64,000 nucleotides of DNA, from positions 31,188,001 to 31,252,000 of the forward strand of contig CM052818.1 of assembly GCA_028534125.1 (NCBI GenBank), written 5' to 3'. Made by a program: the position numbers and the translations under genes. The stretch is from Lama glama (lineage: Eukaryota). Below the pieces are notes generated by a model. It was not told where the DNA came from, ran no database searches, and saw only the letters and a program-made list of their open reading frames with translations. Positions 35,873 to 49,249 of the stretch are shown one piece after another. Within the stretch, counting starts at the first letter, position 1, and each line of letters opens with the position of its first letter.

Positions 35873-38794
35873 ATCCAATACTCTTATTGGTAAAACATCT
35901 TTTACCATGCCCTCCAATAAATGCATATTTATTTCTAAATTATATGGCATAAATTACTGCCCAAATATATTATGCACATTAAAACTTGCAAAAAATGTGA
36001 ACTCAGCAAACTAAAAAGCTAAAAATAAGTACCAAGAGGAGACCGCCATGTTGATCTCGCGCTGGATCGGTGGGCGCGCCCACTTAGGACATCGCGTGAA
36101 CTGCACTTGCACCTTGGTGCTCTTCTGTCTCCGTGACTCTTGCCTATTCGTGTGTTCATTTCAGGGAGCCCCTCTCCTGCCAGGCAGGCTTGCTATCCTG
36201 TTTCTCTGGCTTATAAAGTTACCAAAGACTAAGAGCACTGATGCTTTTGGATGGTGCAAAGTGCACGGTGCAGAGCTGGTGCCTAATAAAGTTGTCTATT
36301 AAGTATTTTCTGAAGATGTACTTTGAGCCCAGCTTTGGGGCAGGCACTAGGGGCTCAAAGAGCAAGTCATGGTCCTTCCTGGGAGCTCTGCAGCGCAGTG
36401 GAGTTTGGACTGTTCTTGGGGGTGACTAGGCCATGTGAGGCCACGTGCAAAGGCCCAAGGCCTGTAGGAGCTTGGGAGTTTGGGTGTGGTCACTGGGTGG
36501 TTCTGGCTGGAACTCAGGGGATAGTGAGGAGAAGATGGGCACTAGGCAGGAGGCAGCCCTCGAAGGTTCTAGGTGGGGAGAGTGTGCGGGCAGTCCTGCC
36601 TGTGTGGCTCTCCCACCCTCGGGCCCACTCAGAGCACCCTTTTCTCCAGGGACCAGAGGGCTCTGGAGGAGGCACCCAAAACTGCATAGGAACAGAGAGG
36701 CTCTCTCAGCCCTGCCCCATCTCCAGCGCCAAGAAGCAGCGGGCCCAGGCCAAAACCAGAGGGGCTGGAGATCGGGGTCTTGTTCACAGACTGGCCCACC
36801 AGTCCTGCAAAGCTAACTGCCCTGTGAAGCCACCCTGGGGCTTCATGTGGCTTGAGCATGGGGCACCTCTGACCACCGCCACACTCTGCATGGCCCTGCT
36901 TCAGGGCCAGCGCCTCCGCTCAGCCTCCAGTGAGTCCGTGGCTCCCTGAGGTGGGGGCCCGGGGCTCTTCCAGCTGAAGGGCGGTTCCCTGGACAATCTT
37001 CCAGAGCAGGGAGAGCCCCAGGCTGAGCTGGGCATGTCTGATTTGGGCAAAGGAGCTTTAATCCTTTCACTGGAAAGTATTTCCTAGGCCAGAGGAAGAA
37101 AGCTGTGAGGACACTGAACCCCTGAAGCTGCGACTGGGGGCTGCCCACAGGGAAAAGAGCCATAAAGAAGGAGTCAAGGGCCCCCACACCACCCTCCCCG
37201 GGGCAGCCCAGGGCCTTGGGCCTGGAGAACTTGTGTGCTCTGCCCTCTGCCTGGGGCCCCAGGCCTGAGGTTTCAGGCCTCACTGTGGGAGGGTGTGCAC
37301 AGACACCGGATGTGGGGCATCAGATTTGGCCTCGCCCCAGAGGCTGGGGAGAGTTGAGAGAAAAGTTGCTTGTTGTTTGCTTGCAGATCAGTAAGAACAT
37401 AAGGAGGTTGTAGGAGCCTGGAGAGGGCCGGAGCGAAGGCCCGGAGGCGCCTGCCGGGCTGGGTCAGGATGAGCAGTTTGCTCTGTGTCTTCAAGGAAGT
37501 AGCAGAGGGCGGATTTGCAGACATTTGCAAGTGGCCCACAGCGGAGGGCTGGAGGAGACATCTTATGGAAGAGTTTGAAGCAAAGGCCAGTATGATCCGT
37601 GCAAGCTTGGGAAACAGGCTGGAGAGGCCCGTGCTAGTCCACTTCAGGACACGCCAATCCACAGAGCCCCAGTGCAGGGTCACCCTTGGGAGGGAGCCGT
37701 TTCCAAGGACCAGCTCTGGGGTTGCCAGGGCAGCGGTGGGGAGCATCTCCGACACCAAGGTGGGAAGACTCCTCACTGCAGCTCGGCAGGGGCAGGCGAA
37801 GCAGAGAGAGCCTGCAGGCAGGAGATCTGCGGTCCCCTTGTTTACAGACTGGGTGGGAGGAGCTGTGACACAGCTCAGAGGGTTCACTGAGCCCAAAAGT
37901 GTGAGAACCACCTGCGGCTCAGACTGGGTCAGGCTGGAGGAGAAGGGGTGAGAGCTGCCAGTGTTGGCTCTGCCCCTGACCCCCTGGGACCCGGCTTTGG
38001 GCTCCTTATCTGGTGACAAGGAGGGTGGGTGGCACACCCTCCGTGGTTCCTTCCACTTGAACATTCTTGGTGCCGTCTGGGCTCATCCAGGCCCCGTCCT
38101 GGCTTTTCCATCTTCCTGCCGGAGCTGGGAGCCCGCCAAACAGTGGGCCCCCTGAGAGGTGACTGGGCACCGCTGTGGGATTTCTGACAAGTTGCAAACA
38201 AATAGCAGTTCCTCCCTGAGAAGCAGGGGAGGCATGTTGCTCCCTATTCCCCCGCCTCACCCCACCACAGGCGCGGGGGAAAGTAACCCCTGTGGCATTC
38301 TGTGAATGAGTCTGAAAACAAACCACTGGAGGGATAGGAAAGAATTCTCTCATCCCAAAATAGCTCTCTGAAGGCTGCCTAATCGCATGCCTTTGCAGCA
38401 GAAACATTCTGTTATTTTGACAGAGCAGAGCAGGCCACCTGACGGACCCTCTGGAGTCTCCCTCTTGGGGAGTGAGCTTGCAGTGTGCGCAGGAGGGCAG
38501 GCTGGGTTGGGAGTGAGTGTTCCGGTCTTGGGCCAATGGATAACGTCATGTGGACCCAGAATGGAAGGCTACAGGCCTCCTTTTGCAGCTTTCCTTGGTG
38601 GAGGGGAGGGATGGTTAAAGAAGCACCTAGTCACAGTCCAGTGAGAAAAGATGTGCAGAAACACTCCCCCTCACTGATCACCAGGACCTAGAGCAGAGAA
38701 TGAGCACCAATTGTGCCAGCTGCTCCCATGAGGAAGAACGTATGAACGCCGAGCATTAGGGATAAGCGCTCGACGGCTGGTGTGCACTGTCCTG

Positions 38795-39255
38795 ATGGAT
38801 TTCCATCATGGGCTGTGGGGACAGAATTCAAGGGGTCTGGGAACTAGGATTGGAAAAAATTTTCCATCTTTATTTTCACTAACCTTCAGCCAAAATTTAG
38901 CATCTCCTGCTACTTGGAATGTAGGGAACAGACCTCAGATGTTTTAGCAGTGTCGGTGACTTGTCACCAATAGAAATCACAGATACTCTTCCTATCGCAG
39001 TTGCCCTGGTGGCGGATATCTTAAATTACTGTCAAAGCTCCTCACGGCTTGGGAATGAGGGTGGCTGTTAGACTTGTCACTAGATCTTGTTAAATGTGTT
39101 AACAAAGAGGCAGACACCATACTTTATTGCAAATTGGAGGTTTTCAGAAATATTTTGATAACTGTATTTCAATGCAATTGGTTTCCTTTGTAATCTTACG
39201 TATTTTCTCTAATGCATTTGAAAACATTGCTCAGAGGCTTCATCAGATTGCTCAA
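38795..39255 (+). mobile_element. hAT-Charlie DNA transposon (MER119-like)
   Basis: gacagaattcaaggggtctgggaactaggattggaaaaaattttccatctttattttcactaacc matches the recalled consensus. Confidence 0.65.
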
Positions 39256-39749
39256 CAGAGAAGTTCAGGATCTGCTTTCCCTACAGAACCCGGCATCATC
39301 CTTTCACCCCAGCAGCCAGGGTGGTGGGTGTGGGGCTGGGAGGACCCTATAACATTTGTGGGTGAAGATCCTTTTGTTCAAACACAAAGTTTATCAGGAA
39401 ACTGCTCTGGCTGGATTTGGGAGTGTGAGTTTCTTGCAGCTGCCTCACTACTCCATCCACCCCTGCCCATCAGATGCCCTCCTTCCCTTCCCCTCTCCCA
39501 GGAATTCTCCATGGAGTGCCAAGGTTTCCACTGAGTGCATCTGCAAATCATCAACCCAATGTAACCCCTCTCTGGGGACCAGAGGAACAGCACTACGGTC
39601 TCACCTTGTTGGCAGCGTAACTTCTCATACTGCCCTGCCCATGGGAAGTCCTGACTGTGGACGGGTCTTAGGGGGTAGTAGGGAGGGGGTGTCACTTACA
39701 AATACTGAAGAAGGCCTCCCATGTATGTGAAAAGGAGGAAAGCGAGCAG

Positions 39750-39915
39750 GGATCTTAGCCCAGGGTGCTGTTCACCATGAGTTCTGGGTTCAAATACTCG
39801 TTCTACCACCTGCTAGCCTCAGTTCATCTGTTAATTGGTGATGATAATAGCCCCCACCTTAAAAGGCTGGTTGGGAGATTAAAGGAAATGATGCACGTGA
39901 GGAGCTTAGCTGGCT
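39750..39915 (+). mobile_element. MIR SINE
   Basis: ctgggttcaaatactc...gcctcagttcatctgttaattggtgatgataatag...gagattaaaggaaatgatgcacgtg. Confidence 0.7.
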
Positions 39916-40282
39916 TAGGAAATTCTGCTGCTCCCCTTTCTCTGAGGAAGAGATTTGTGCCTGCCACAGCCTCCTCCCACCACGCCCCCCACCCCGCCCA
40001 TCCACTGCATCCAGGTGCCTCCCTGATAGAGGTGACCTGGGAGCTTGTTTTCACCGTCCAGGCCTGAAGCACTTAGTCCTTCCCATCTTTGCAAACCTGT
40101 CATGTGGCGCTTGCGGGGTGTTTTGGTAGCAGTAGCAGCAGCTGACCCACACGGCACACACTGTAGCTATAATCTAATCATCTAATAATTAGCTTGACAT
40201 ACAGAAAGGGGCCTCAAGGGCCTTGGGGTGACACTGCCTTTTTCAAAGGCAAGGATACTGTGATTTTGCACTTGTGCTGGGC

Positions 40283-40481
40283 AAGATGTGAGCAAAAAGG
40301 AAGACTGATCCAAGGTTTTGCGTGCCCTCCACAGCCCTGAGCAGAGGCAGGTGCCTGGGGAGCTAACGGAACATAATCTTCAGGGCCCCTCACTTGCATA
40401 GTCCAGGTTTTCTGTGAATTTTTCCCTAAAGACACTGCAAAATTGTATAAACGCCAGGCTCCACAAAACATAATCCACCCT
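40283..40481 (-). mobile_element. MER53-like hAT MITE
   Basis: Imperfect terminal inverted repeats (gatccaaggttttg / caaaacataatcc) and gtataaacgccaggctccacaaaac. Confidence 0.55.
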
Positions 40482-41866
40482 TGGGTTTAAACCAAAGTTG
40501 TCTCTTGGGTCTCCCCTGCCTGGAAACCAACCCCACGTAGTGTTGCTGCTGAGGACCAGCAGGCAGATTTGGGAGTGCAGGTCATAGAGAGGGCTGCACC
40601 ATGAGCTAAAGAATTTGGCAATTTGTTGGAGCCCAAAGGACCCTGGGACTTGGGTCCTCAGGGAGCCAGAGATCCCTGCTCGCCACCTACTGGCCGGGAG
40701 CCTTGAGTGCAGCCTAGCAGCCTCCGAGCCTCAGAATCCTCCACTGTGAAATGCAACTGAGAAGTCTGCCCTGCCCACAGCTTGAGATTGATATAAAGAG
40801 CAAATAGATCACCTGTCCATGTGCTGAGATGGCAGTGTCTGTGGTGATTGCAAAAACACGCAAAACATTGATTCAGGGATGAAAAGGGCTGGAGATAAAC
40901 TCCCTATCTCAGCCCCTGGTGGGTGAGTCATGGAACAAGGTACCTAGCTTGTGTGTGCCTTATTCGACCAAGAAATAAAATGGGCGATGCCAAATACTCC
41001 CCTCACCATCATTAGCAGGAGCGCAGGGGCTGGGAGGAGAAAGCAGCCGTTGGCTCCAACGTCTGCAGCATTATTCTCCAGTTTCCCCTGAGGAGCCGCT
41101 GGAACAGATGACCAGGGAAAAGCATGCGGTTTCAGGCAGGACACAGATGAGAGAGGTGAGACCGAAAGGCACAGCTCCCACAGCAACAAGGCCAGGCTCT
41201 ATCATTACTCTGTTTACCGTCCTGCATCCCAGCTGGGCTCTGACGCCTTCCTTTCTTTTTCCCACATCTAGTTGGTTGTTAAGTCTAAAATCCCCTACCC
41301 TCAATGTCTGCTGCTGAGCCTTCTCCTCTCTATCCCTGCAGGCCATCATCCATTTCTTACATGGACAAGAGCAACTGACATCCCTGCAGGGCTCCAGACA
41401 GACGGGCAACAGGTGTGCCAAGAGTTCTGTCTCAGCCCGCAGGGTGGCCAGACCAGGCTTGTGGAGGCTGGAGCCTCTGGACCAGCATCTTGCAGCCTAA
41501 GGACACCTCATCTGCTAATCTCAGCAGGCAGCTCCAACGTCGTCATTTTTCATGTTGCTTCCACGTGGGAAATGTGGGGAGGACCAATCTCCCAAGCATC
41601 CTCTTCTGCCCACTCAGACCCATCCTAGGCACTGTGGCCAGATTCATCTCCGTGGAGTCCAACTAGGACAGTGCAGCTTGCCTTCAGAGCGGCCATCAGG
41701 ATTCTGCACCATGTGAAAGTTACTGACAGCTACAAGGGCAGGCAAGAAGACCCAGCCCCGGGGTCTTTCTACAGCAAGAGTCCCATGGATTGAGAGGATG
41801 TGCAGAGAAAAGCAGCCTCTGAAAACATCTGGGAAGCTCACCCCCCAACCTGCTCCTTCAGCTGGG

Positions 41867-42047
41867 ATGGTGGTTCTCAAACCCTGCAGCGTACAAGGAT
41901 CACCCACAGCAGTTGGGAGAAATGCAGGTTCCAGGACCTCCTCCTGCCCCACCCAAATGTTTCACCAGTGTGTTTGCAACAAGACCCAGCAGTCTGCATT
42001 TTCAGGGAACACACTGTGGACACAGACCTTACTTTGAGAAACAGTGC
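41867..42047. mobile_element. MER5-like hAT element
   Basis: Inverted ends gtggttctcaaa ... tttgagaaacagtg. Confidence 0.7.
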
Positions 42048-42202
42048 CCTGAGGATCTCTGCTAACCGGCCGATTTCACCTAATCACTTCAGAAGATGAA
42101 ACAATGGCATGTGGGCAGGAATTTGCAGTAAAAAGCAGTGTTTCAGCCTAAAATCTCAAATCAAACACACTTCTTCGAAAAAAAAATATATATAAGAATA
42201 AG

Positions 42203-42441
42203 TAATTGTAGAACAGATAAACAAGATTACACTGTATAGCACAGGGAAATATACACAAAATGTTATGATAAATCACAGAGAAAAAAATGTGACAATGAGT
42301 GTGTATATGTCCATGTATGACTGAAAAATTGTACTGAACACTGGAATTTGACACAACACTGTAAAATGATTATGAATCAATAAAAATGTAAAGAAAAAAA
42401 AGAAGTAAAGCTTTGAATGACAACAGACAGAAAAAAAAAAA
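42203..42441 (+). mobile_element. Young 5'-truncated L1 3' end (camelid-type) with two A tails
   Basis: gtagaacagataaacaagattacactgtatagcacagggaaatatac...caataaaaatgtaaagaaaaaaaa. Candidate TSD aagaataag at 42194-42202 and 42442-42450. Confidence 0.8.
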
Positions 42442-45400
42442 AAGAATAAGGGATCCTTAAAATATGGAAAGTGCTTGAAAGACCATCTGGGCAAACCAAA
42501 GTTACTCATCCCCTGGAACGTTCTCCTAGAAAGGCACACTGCAGGGAACACACATAATGTAACCCTACAGAAAAGCTTGAAGCTCTGGAAAGAAATTATT
42601 TATAATCTATAACCAAGGCAGCCTTTTGGGCAGACAAACACAGCAAACTGCTCTCTGAAATGTGACAAGATGGAGGTTACCATGAAGGCAGGAAATATGT
42701 ATGTGGCCAGAGCGGAAGTGTGCAAGTTCCTGCAGGAGGTTCCCAGCGTGGAGAGAACGTCATTGATGGCTCAGGGACCTGTGTCCTTACTCAGCGAGGT
42801 GACGCTAATGGCTGTTGCAACTTTTTCTGATCCCCAGATGGAGAAGTGGTCTGGCTCACAGGAGTGCCGTGAACTCATCGGGCAAGTGGCAGGACGTTTG
42901 AAATCCAGGCTCACCCATTCACTGTGATTCTGTGGGGGATGGTGGGCTCTCCCAGCTGCAGACACTTGCCATCAGTGTGGGTTGTTGATGCCTCACTCCT
43001 CTGCCTCCTTTCACACACCACCTGGAGCAGTGCACGAGAGCTGAGAACCCCACCCAGAGCATGGAGTAGTGAGGAGGGCTCCGGATTGGCTCTGGGTGTT
43101 AATACGTGTGGCTCAGGAGAGAAGCGACAGCGACTGCAGGCTTCCTGCAACCAGGACAGAAGCTGAGGTCCTTCCTCTTTGCTGGAGGAAGACCGGGGGG
43201 GGGGGTCTGGAAGGGGCAGCACCATGTGGTTTAATAGCACCTGACTTCAGTGGTTCGACACCAGTGGGACGGGCACCTGCTGACATTGCTTCCCCAGAGG
43301 AAACATGGGATTACTTGGCTTCCATCTCCACAAGATCACAGTAATTGGCTCCACAACGATGGTTCAGGAGGAGGCTGAGAACCGGCGTGAGGAAGCGGTT
43401 AGAGAAGAAACCTGTATTCAGCTCTGATGTGAGGCACTGTTTTTAACTGAGATAAAATATCCCAGTTAAAGTCGAGGAAAGACAAAAAATGCAACAGGAT
43501 CCTTTTAGAGGTGCACTGAATACTCACCTCGGCCAAAGGTAGAATGGCCACGTGTTAAACATTGAGCTGAAGCCAAATATTGCCACACACATATGTCCTT
43601 TGGGATACAACAAGAAATATAATTTTTTATATAAGGGTATAATTAGTGCTACACTTTTATTATTAAAATGTTTGAAGTTCAGATTGCAAGTTTGACTTTA
43701 CAGTGCAGGAACAATAATGCCTTAGCGCTGTCTGCTGTGAGATGGCTCCTGCCGTCTGACTGTCACACACATGGGCACTGCTCACTGGACACGCAGCCTT
43801 CTAAGGTCACTCTGCCGATACGGGCTGCTGGTGATGGCCACATCACCAGGCCATCTCGAACTGTAACTGACTAAAGACAGTTCCTCCTGGACTCCTGGGT
43901 GTAAAGAGGTCTCAACCAGGACTTCTTGAAAGACTCCAGGCACTTGTTAAATTAAAGAACTAAAAATTAAATGGAGCTCGTGTGGGCTAATTTGTTTATT
44001 ATTATGAGTGCATATTATACCAAAGAATTCTATCAGGATTAGAATTGTAATTCAGTCTCATCTCTCTCATTCTGCCTTGTGTTCTCAATTTAATTGTTAC
44101 ACACAGCACTGCAGGTGGCCGCAATCAGACCCACCAGTCGAAGTAACTTCCCCACGTGGAGCCTCAGGGAGGGGCACGGGGTGGAGCCTCGGGCTCAGGG
44201 TCTGGGGAGTTCTTGGAGCCCAGAGCCCAGCCTCCAGCATGCTGCCTGCCACTGAGCAGGGCTTCAGCATGTATTTGCTGGATGTGAGAGTGGCTAAACA
44301 GATGAATAAATGTGTCAGCCAGAGCCAAGCACAGAAGAGCCGGCACCTGAAGGCTGTAACCGCACCAGGTAAGGTGAGGTTGGAAGGGGCCGACTCAAAA
44401 CAGGCAGGATAGCCAACCCTCACGGGAAGCCCCAGTGTATACAGAGAAGATGGGGCAGGCAGGAGGCTGCGACAGGGCGGCCGGGCCAGAGGTGGGGAGT
44501 GGGTGTCCTGGCAGGTAGGTCAGTAGGAGACATGTGAAAGTCACACAGTGGACACAGCGCCTTAGAGGCAGGACCCCAGACCTATCCAGGGTGAGTTGTA
44601 GGGGAAGCAGAACTTGGGCCAGGCTGGTGTCGGGGCCCAGGAGACCCAGAAGCACCTAGAACAGGGGCTGGAGGCGGGGCGTAGCCCCCAGAAGAAAGCC
44701 TGTTAGTAGACTTGAGATCAAGGATAGAGGAGGACTATCCAGGCTGGCTCAAGGACAAATCCCCCAAGCCACTGAACTCTTAAATTCTCCCTGTCTTAGG
44801 AAAGGGTCTACCCCGAGGCTGCAGCCGGGGTGAGACCACATGAAGATGATCGAGTCGTCCCAGGGAAGGAGTCTGGAAGGCTATAAAAGCAGGAAGTCAA
44901 ACAGGCCATGGCACTCAGCAGGCAGGTAAGCCTACACGTTACCAACTGTTTCAGACTTTGATTTGAGCATGTAACCAGGTCTTCTGGGCCCTGAATACTT
45001 TAACTGATCATCACCTCACCAACAGTGCTTTGGGGAGGCCTGCAATGTGCTTTACCTGTTAGGGAATGGAGGCATGCACCAGGCACCGGACAGACATGTT
45101 TATGCAAAGTATGCATCATGAGTCACTGTTCACAGAGAAGAAAACAAGGGCTACAGCCAGGAAGTGCTGCAGATGAGCCTGGGTGGCAGCGGTCAGGGAG
45201 GGCTTCCTGGAGGAAGTGGGATGTACCCTGGACCTGTAGGACACAGGACATCAGAATAGAGAGGGGAGAACATTTACTTCCTTTGCAATTCCTGACTGCT
45301 CAGAACACAGCCCTCAGAGCTAAGCAAGACAATTTACTAAACTGCAGGAGAGCCAAGCGAAGGGAGGGAAGTAATCCTTGCTGGGTGGACTCACTGAATT

Positions 45401-45790
45401 CCATCTCACAGGGGGAAACCCTGAGGCACAACGAGGTATGGGCTGGTTCCCTAATCAGATAAGCGGTGGGGCCCAAGGCCCCACCGTCTTTTCTAACTCA
45501 GAAGAGCTGCCCTCCTGCCTCCCGCTAGCTGGGGAGCTGGCTTGGGCTCTTCGGTGAAGGCTTCGGCTAGCTTGGTGTGTGCAGGCTTTTCCTTTGTTTT
45601 ATTTTGAAAGGGCTACTGAAGAAGGGAAGAGGGAGGAAATGGCTTTCTTTTTTCTCCAGCGATATACCAGTTCTGCCCTTAGGTGCAGGTGAAAAGCCCC
45701 TCTCGGGGCCACACCAGTTAACAGGACCCGCTGGGGCCCTTCTCCGTGTGCCCCTCCCCTCCCTTCCCCACCGCTGTCATGGCGTGACTA

Positions 45791-46222
45791 TGTATTAGTT
45801 TCCTATTGCTTCTGTGGCTGCTTCCCACAACCCGAGTGGCTTAAATCCACACACATGTATCGTCTAAGAGTTCGTCGGTCAGAAGTCTCACCGAGTGTCA
45901 ACAGGGCTGCACTCCCCGGAGGCTCTAAGGGAGAATTCCAGCTCACGTGGCTGTGGCCTCTTCCTCCTCCAACGCCACTGATGGCTGGCCCAGTACTTCC
46001 CACTGCTCATCTCTCTGACCTTCTCTTCTGCCCCGCTCTTTCACTTTTAAGGACTGGTGATTACATTGGGCCCACACAGAGAATCCAGGATATAATGTAT
46101 AGTCATAAAGCAGTTGATTGGTAACTTTAATTCTGTCTATGACCTTAATGCAACATTACATATTTACAGGTTTCAGGGACTAGAATATGGACATCTTTGG
46201 GGGGGCCGTTATTCTGCCTACA
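45791..46222 (-). mobile_element. MLT1-type (ERVL-MaLR) solo LTR
   Basis: tgtattagtttcctattgc ... ggacatctttgggggggccgttattctgcctaca, with TG...CA termini. Confidence 0.85.
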
Positions 46223-47299
46223 ATAATTGGCAAAAGTCAGAGGATGGAATATATTTTATTGAACAATCTCTTGACTTGGTTTATAATTTTAAGTATTTAG
46301 AGGCATGGGTGTGGCCTCTGTTTGTGCTTTGCCCCAGGCCCTGCGAATATTGGGGCTGCTCTGGTGGGAACAGTGGCTGTCTAAGTTGAAAGGTCTGCAG
46401 CCCCCTGGGGTGGAGTGGGGAAGCTGATACTCCTCTTTGCCCAGCAGTGCCCCACTCTGGGCACAGTTTCCAAGGTTCCTCAGCCTGTCTCTCCAGAGGA
46501 ACACGTCACGTTCGTCATCTTACCTCTGTCAAGCCCAGTTCCGACTCCCAACACTTTGTTCACCTGACAAAAGTGGTCTTCCCAAAGAAGGTACATTTCC
46601 AGTTCTTTTTGCTTTTTACTTTTACATAAAAATGGTAAAAGCAAGGGAAAAAACCTCCTACTCATCCCAGCCCCTGTAGTACAGACACATCAAAGGATGC
46701 CAAGCCCCTCGGGAAACCGGAGTGTGGCTTACATCATCCTGCAGCACATCGCTAAGCAACTGTGGGATCAACATCTGTTTCCATGGAGATGTCACTTCAT
46801 CGCCATTCTCCAGGCAGAGCAGAGAAGTGCATCTGGGAGGAAGGAATATACTGAGCTGTGCCAGAGAATAACGAAATCTGGTGCCATGAGCAAAAATAAC
46901 TATAATCGAGGTGAAAGGTCGATGAGAGAGAGTGCTAGAATGAGAAGGAGGGGGAATGGGCACTGGGTGAGGTCCGGGGGAAGTGACTGGCCAGAATTAG
47001 ACGGAGGTGCTGAATATTGTACAATGGTTCACAGGCCAAGCTGGGTGGGAACCCAAGCCTTGTGCCTCCTGGCCCAGGGTTCATCGCACATGGAAGGAAG
47101 GCAGTAGGAGCAATATGCCTTTCTCCCAGTCAAGCAAAGATGCTTCTTGCTCCTTCTGCCCCACATCTTGCTTTGGTGCCTAGCACAGTGCCTTCCAGGG
47201 ACAGCGGCTCTGCTGGGCGCTCTCACCCAAACCCTGTTGCTCGAGGCATGGCCTTCTGAATGACTGCAGCAGAAGCGGAGGGGGAGGAGAGGGAACCAG

Positions 47300-47445
47300 C
47301 TTCTGCATGGAGCTCGCTATGCGTCAGGTGTTGTGCTATTGCAGCCAGTCCTCAAATCCCACCCGTGGCGTGTTAGGGCCTCGTTTGCAGGCAAGGAAGG
47401 AACTGCAGCTCAGAGAGGTGAGGTGGCTTGTTCAGTGTGATGAGA
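47300..47445 (-). mobile_element. MIR fragment
   Basis: tttgcaggcaaggaaggaactgcagctcagagaggtgaggtggcttgttca. Confidence 0.55.
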
Positions 47446-49013
47446 GATCAACGGGAAACTTTTAGAAATCACTTACCTGTGCCAGGCATCGTTTTAAGCT
47501 CTTGGCAAATACTAATTCATTTCATCCTCAGACTGTATCTCTGCGGGGGGGGGGCATTATTATCTGTCAGTTAATAACGTGGCAGAGCCAGCCTTTGGGG
47601 CCTGGGGTGCCCTTCCCACTGCCTACACTGACCCCACTGTCACCACCGGGGAGAACAACTCAGGAGACACGGAGTCAGGCACAAGGGAATGAGCTGCCAG
47701 TGGATGGGATGTTGAATCAGGAGGCTGAGTGGGATTTTTTCTGGTGTCCCATATTCAGTTTAGAAGTCCACCTGCATTGGTGCCAGACCCTCTCTGAGGT
47801 CTCAAGGAGAGACTGCCTCCCACCAAATAGTGGGTGCTCTGCCCACCCTCCCCACTGGCCGTGCCAGAGAGGCTGTGGGGCAGAGCCTCCAGGGAAGGTG
47901 GGGCTCATACCCAGAGGCTCCTCCCCTGCAGCCTGGGGAGGGGAGCATCAGAGACTCCTAGATACTAGTGCCTGCAGCCAGGGGAGGGGGTGGCCTGTTC
48001 CAGGTGGGCTGGATATTCACTGAACCCTGGGGCTGCTGCTGGAGCCGCAGCAAAAGGAGCCTCAGGTGCATCCTGGAAAAATATGTCTGATGCAGGTTCT
48101 CCCTCACCATGGGAAGAAGAGGGTGCATGACAGGTTCTTCTGACTCCCAAGATCAATGTCTGTCTCTGCTCTAGAGATTTCTGAAGGGAGAGGTCTTGCC
48201 AGGAGGACTCCAGGCGACAGAAGCTGAGGGTGTCTGTGAGGAAGATGGGGCAGCCCACCTCACACCAGTTCTCCTGCCCCCAGAGAGCCTAGATGGACAA
48301 GCTGGAGGTCCCCAGGGGTCTACACAATCCCTGGAGCACTGGGTTGAGTGGGGAGCAGGAGCAGTGGAGGCAGCTGGGACAAGTGATGTAGCCCTGACCC
48401 GGAGCGGGGTTTGTGAGTGTACATTGCTGGCAGGGTTGAAGGTAGACACAGCTGCCCACAGGAGGGGTTTGGGACTCAGCTACAGAAGGGTCTGTGGGAG
48501 CTGACCATGAGCCCCAGGATGCCTGGGGCACCATCTCTGCAAAGACCGCCGCCTCACAGCATCACCAGCATTGGCCAGAACCTCCAAGAACCTGAATGAA
48601 GTCAGGGGCACCCCTCCCCACCAGTGAGGACAGGCCAGTCATATGTCCAGAGCCTCCTTGCCCTCCTGGGGGGCCCTGGCCAAGGGGACCAGCGATAAGT
48701 CCTGGGGAGTTTACAGTCTGAAGTGGGAAGCAGAGAGTGACATTCAAAGAGAGAACAAAAGGCAGAGAGCGTGAGGTGCAGGCCCTCCTCCACCTCTCTG
48801 ACCAGCGAGCGCGCAGACACAGTCCCCCTTGCACAGCGGTGGGGAGCGGAACTCTGACATAAGCCGGATTTGCAGTTTTAAAATAAATACAATTAAGTCT
48901 AAAATACTGAAATGAGACTGCTCTGGTCATCAAAGATGCCAGAGAGAAATGACATCTGGCCAAGTTATCACTGAGATACCAGCTACCCAATGGGAAAGAG
49001 GGTTGATATAGCC

Positions 49014-49179
49014 CAGGGATGGACAAACTCCAGCCCTCAGAGTAAGGATGGTTTTGATATATTGAAGGGGTGGGGGGAGGGGTGGGGGAGGAGAGAGAAA
49101 GAGAGAGACTGACTGTCTGTGGTCTGCGCCATGTAAAATATTTATAACTGCCCTTTACAGAAAATGTTCGCCAACCTTA
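49014..49179. mobile_element. MER58-like hAT-Charlie MITE
   Basis: cagggatggacaaact ... aaaatatttataactgccctttacagaaaatgttcgccaacct. Confidence 0.7.
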
Positions 49180-49249
49180 TTTGTAGCCTAGCTGGGAGGG
49201 GCTGAAGCTATTTTAAAAAAGTAAAACTTTCATATTTAAATTTTATGTA

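Noticed and set aside
36048..36302. 84-aa ORF with accgccATG context
   Set aside because: No recognisable homology, no promoter-scale CpG island, and it begins at the end of a probable transposon remnant.
37273..38064. 263-aa minus-strand ORF and overlapping ORFs
   Set aside because: No recognisable domain or exon structure; long ORFs occur in several frames on both strands, as expected in GC-rich non-coding DNA.
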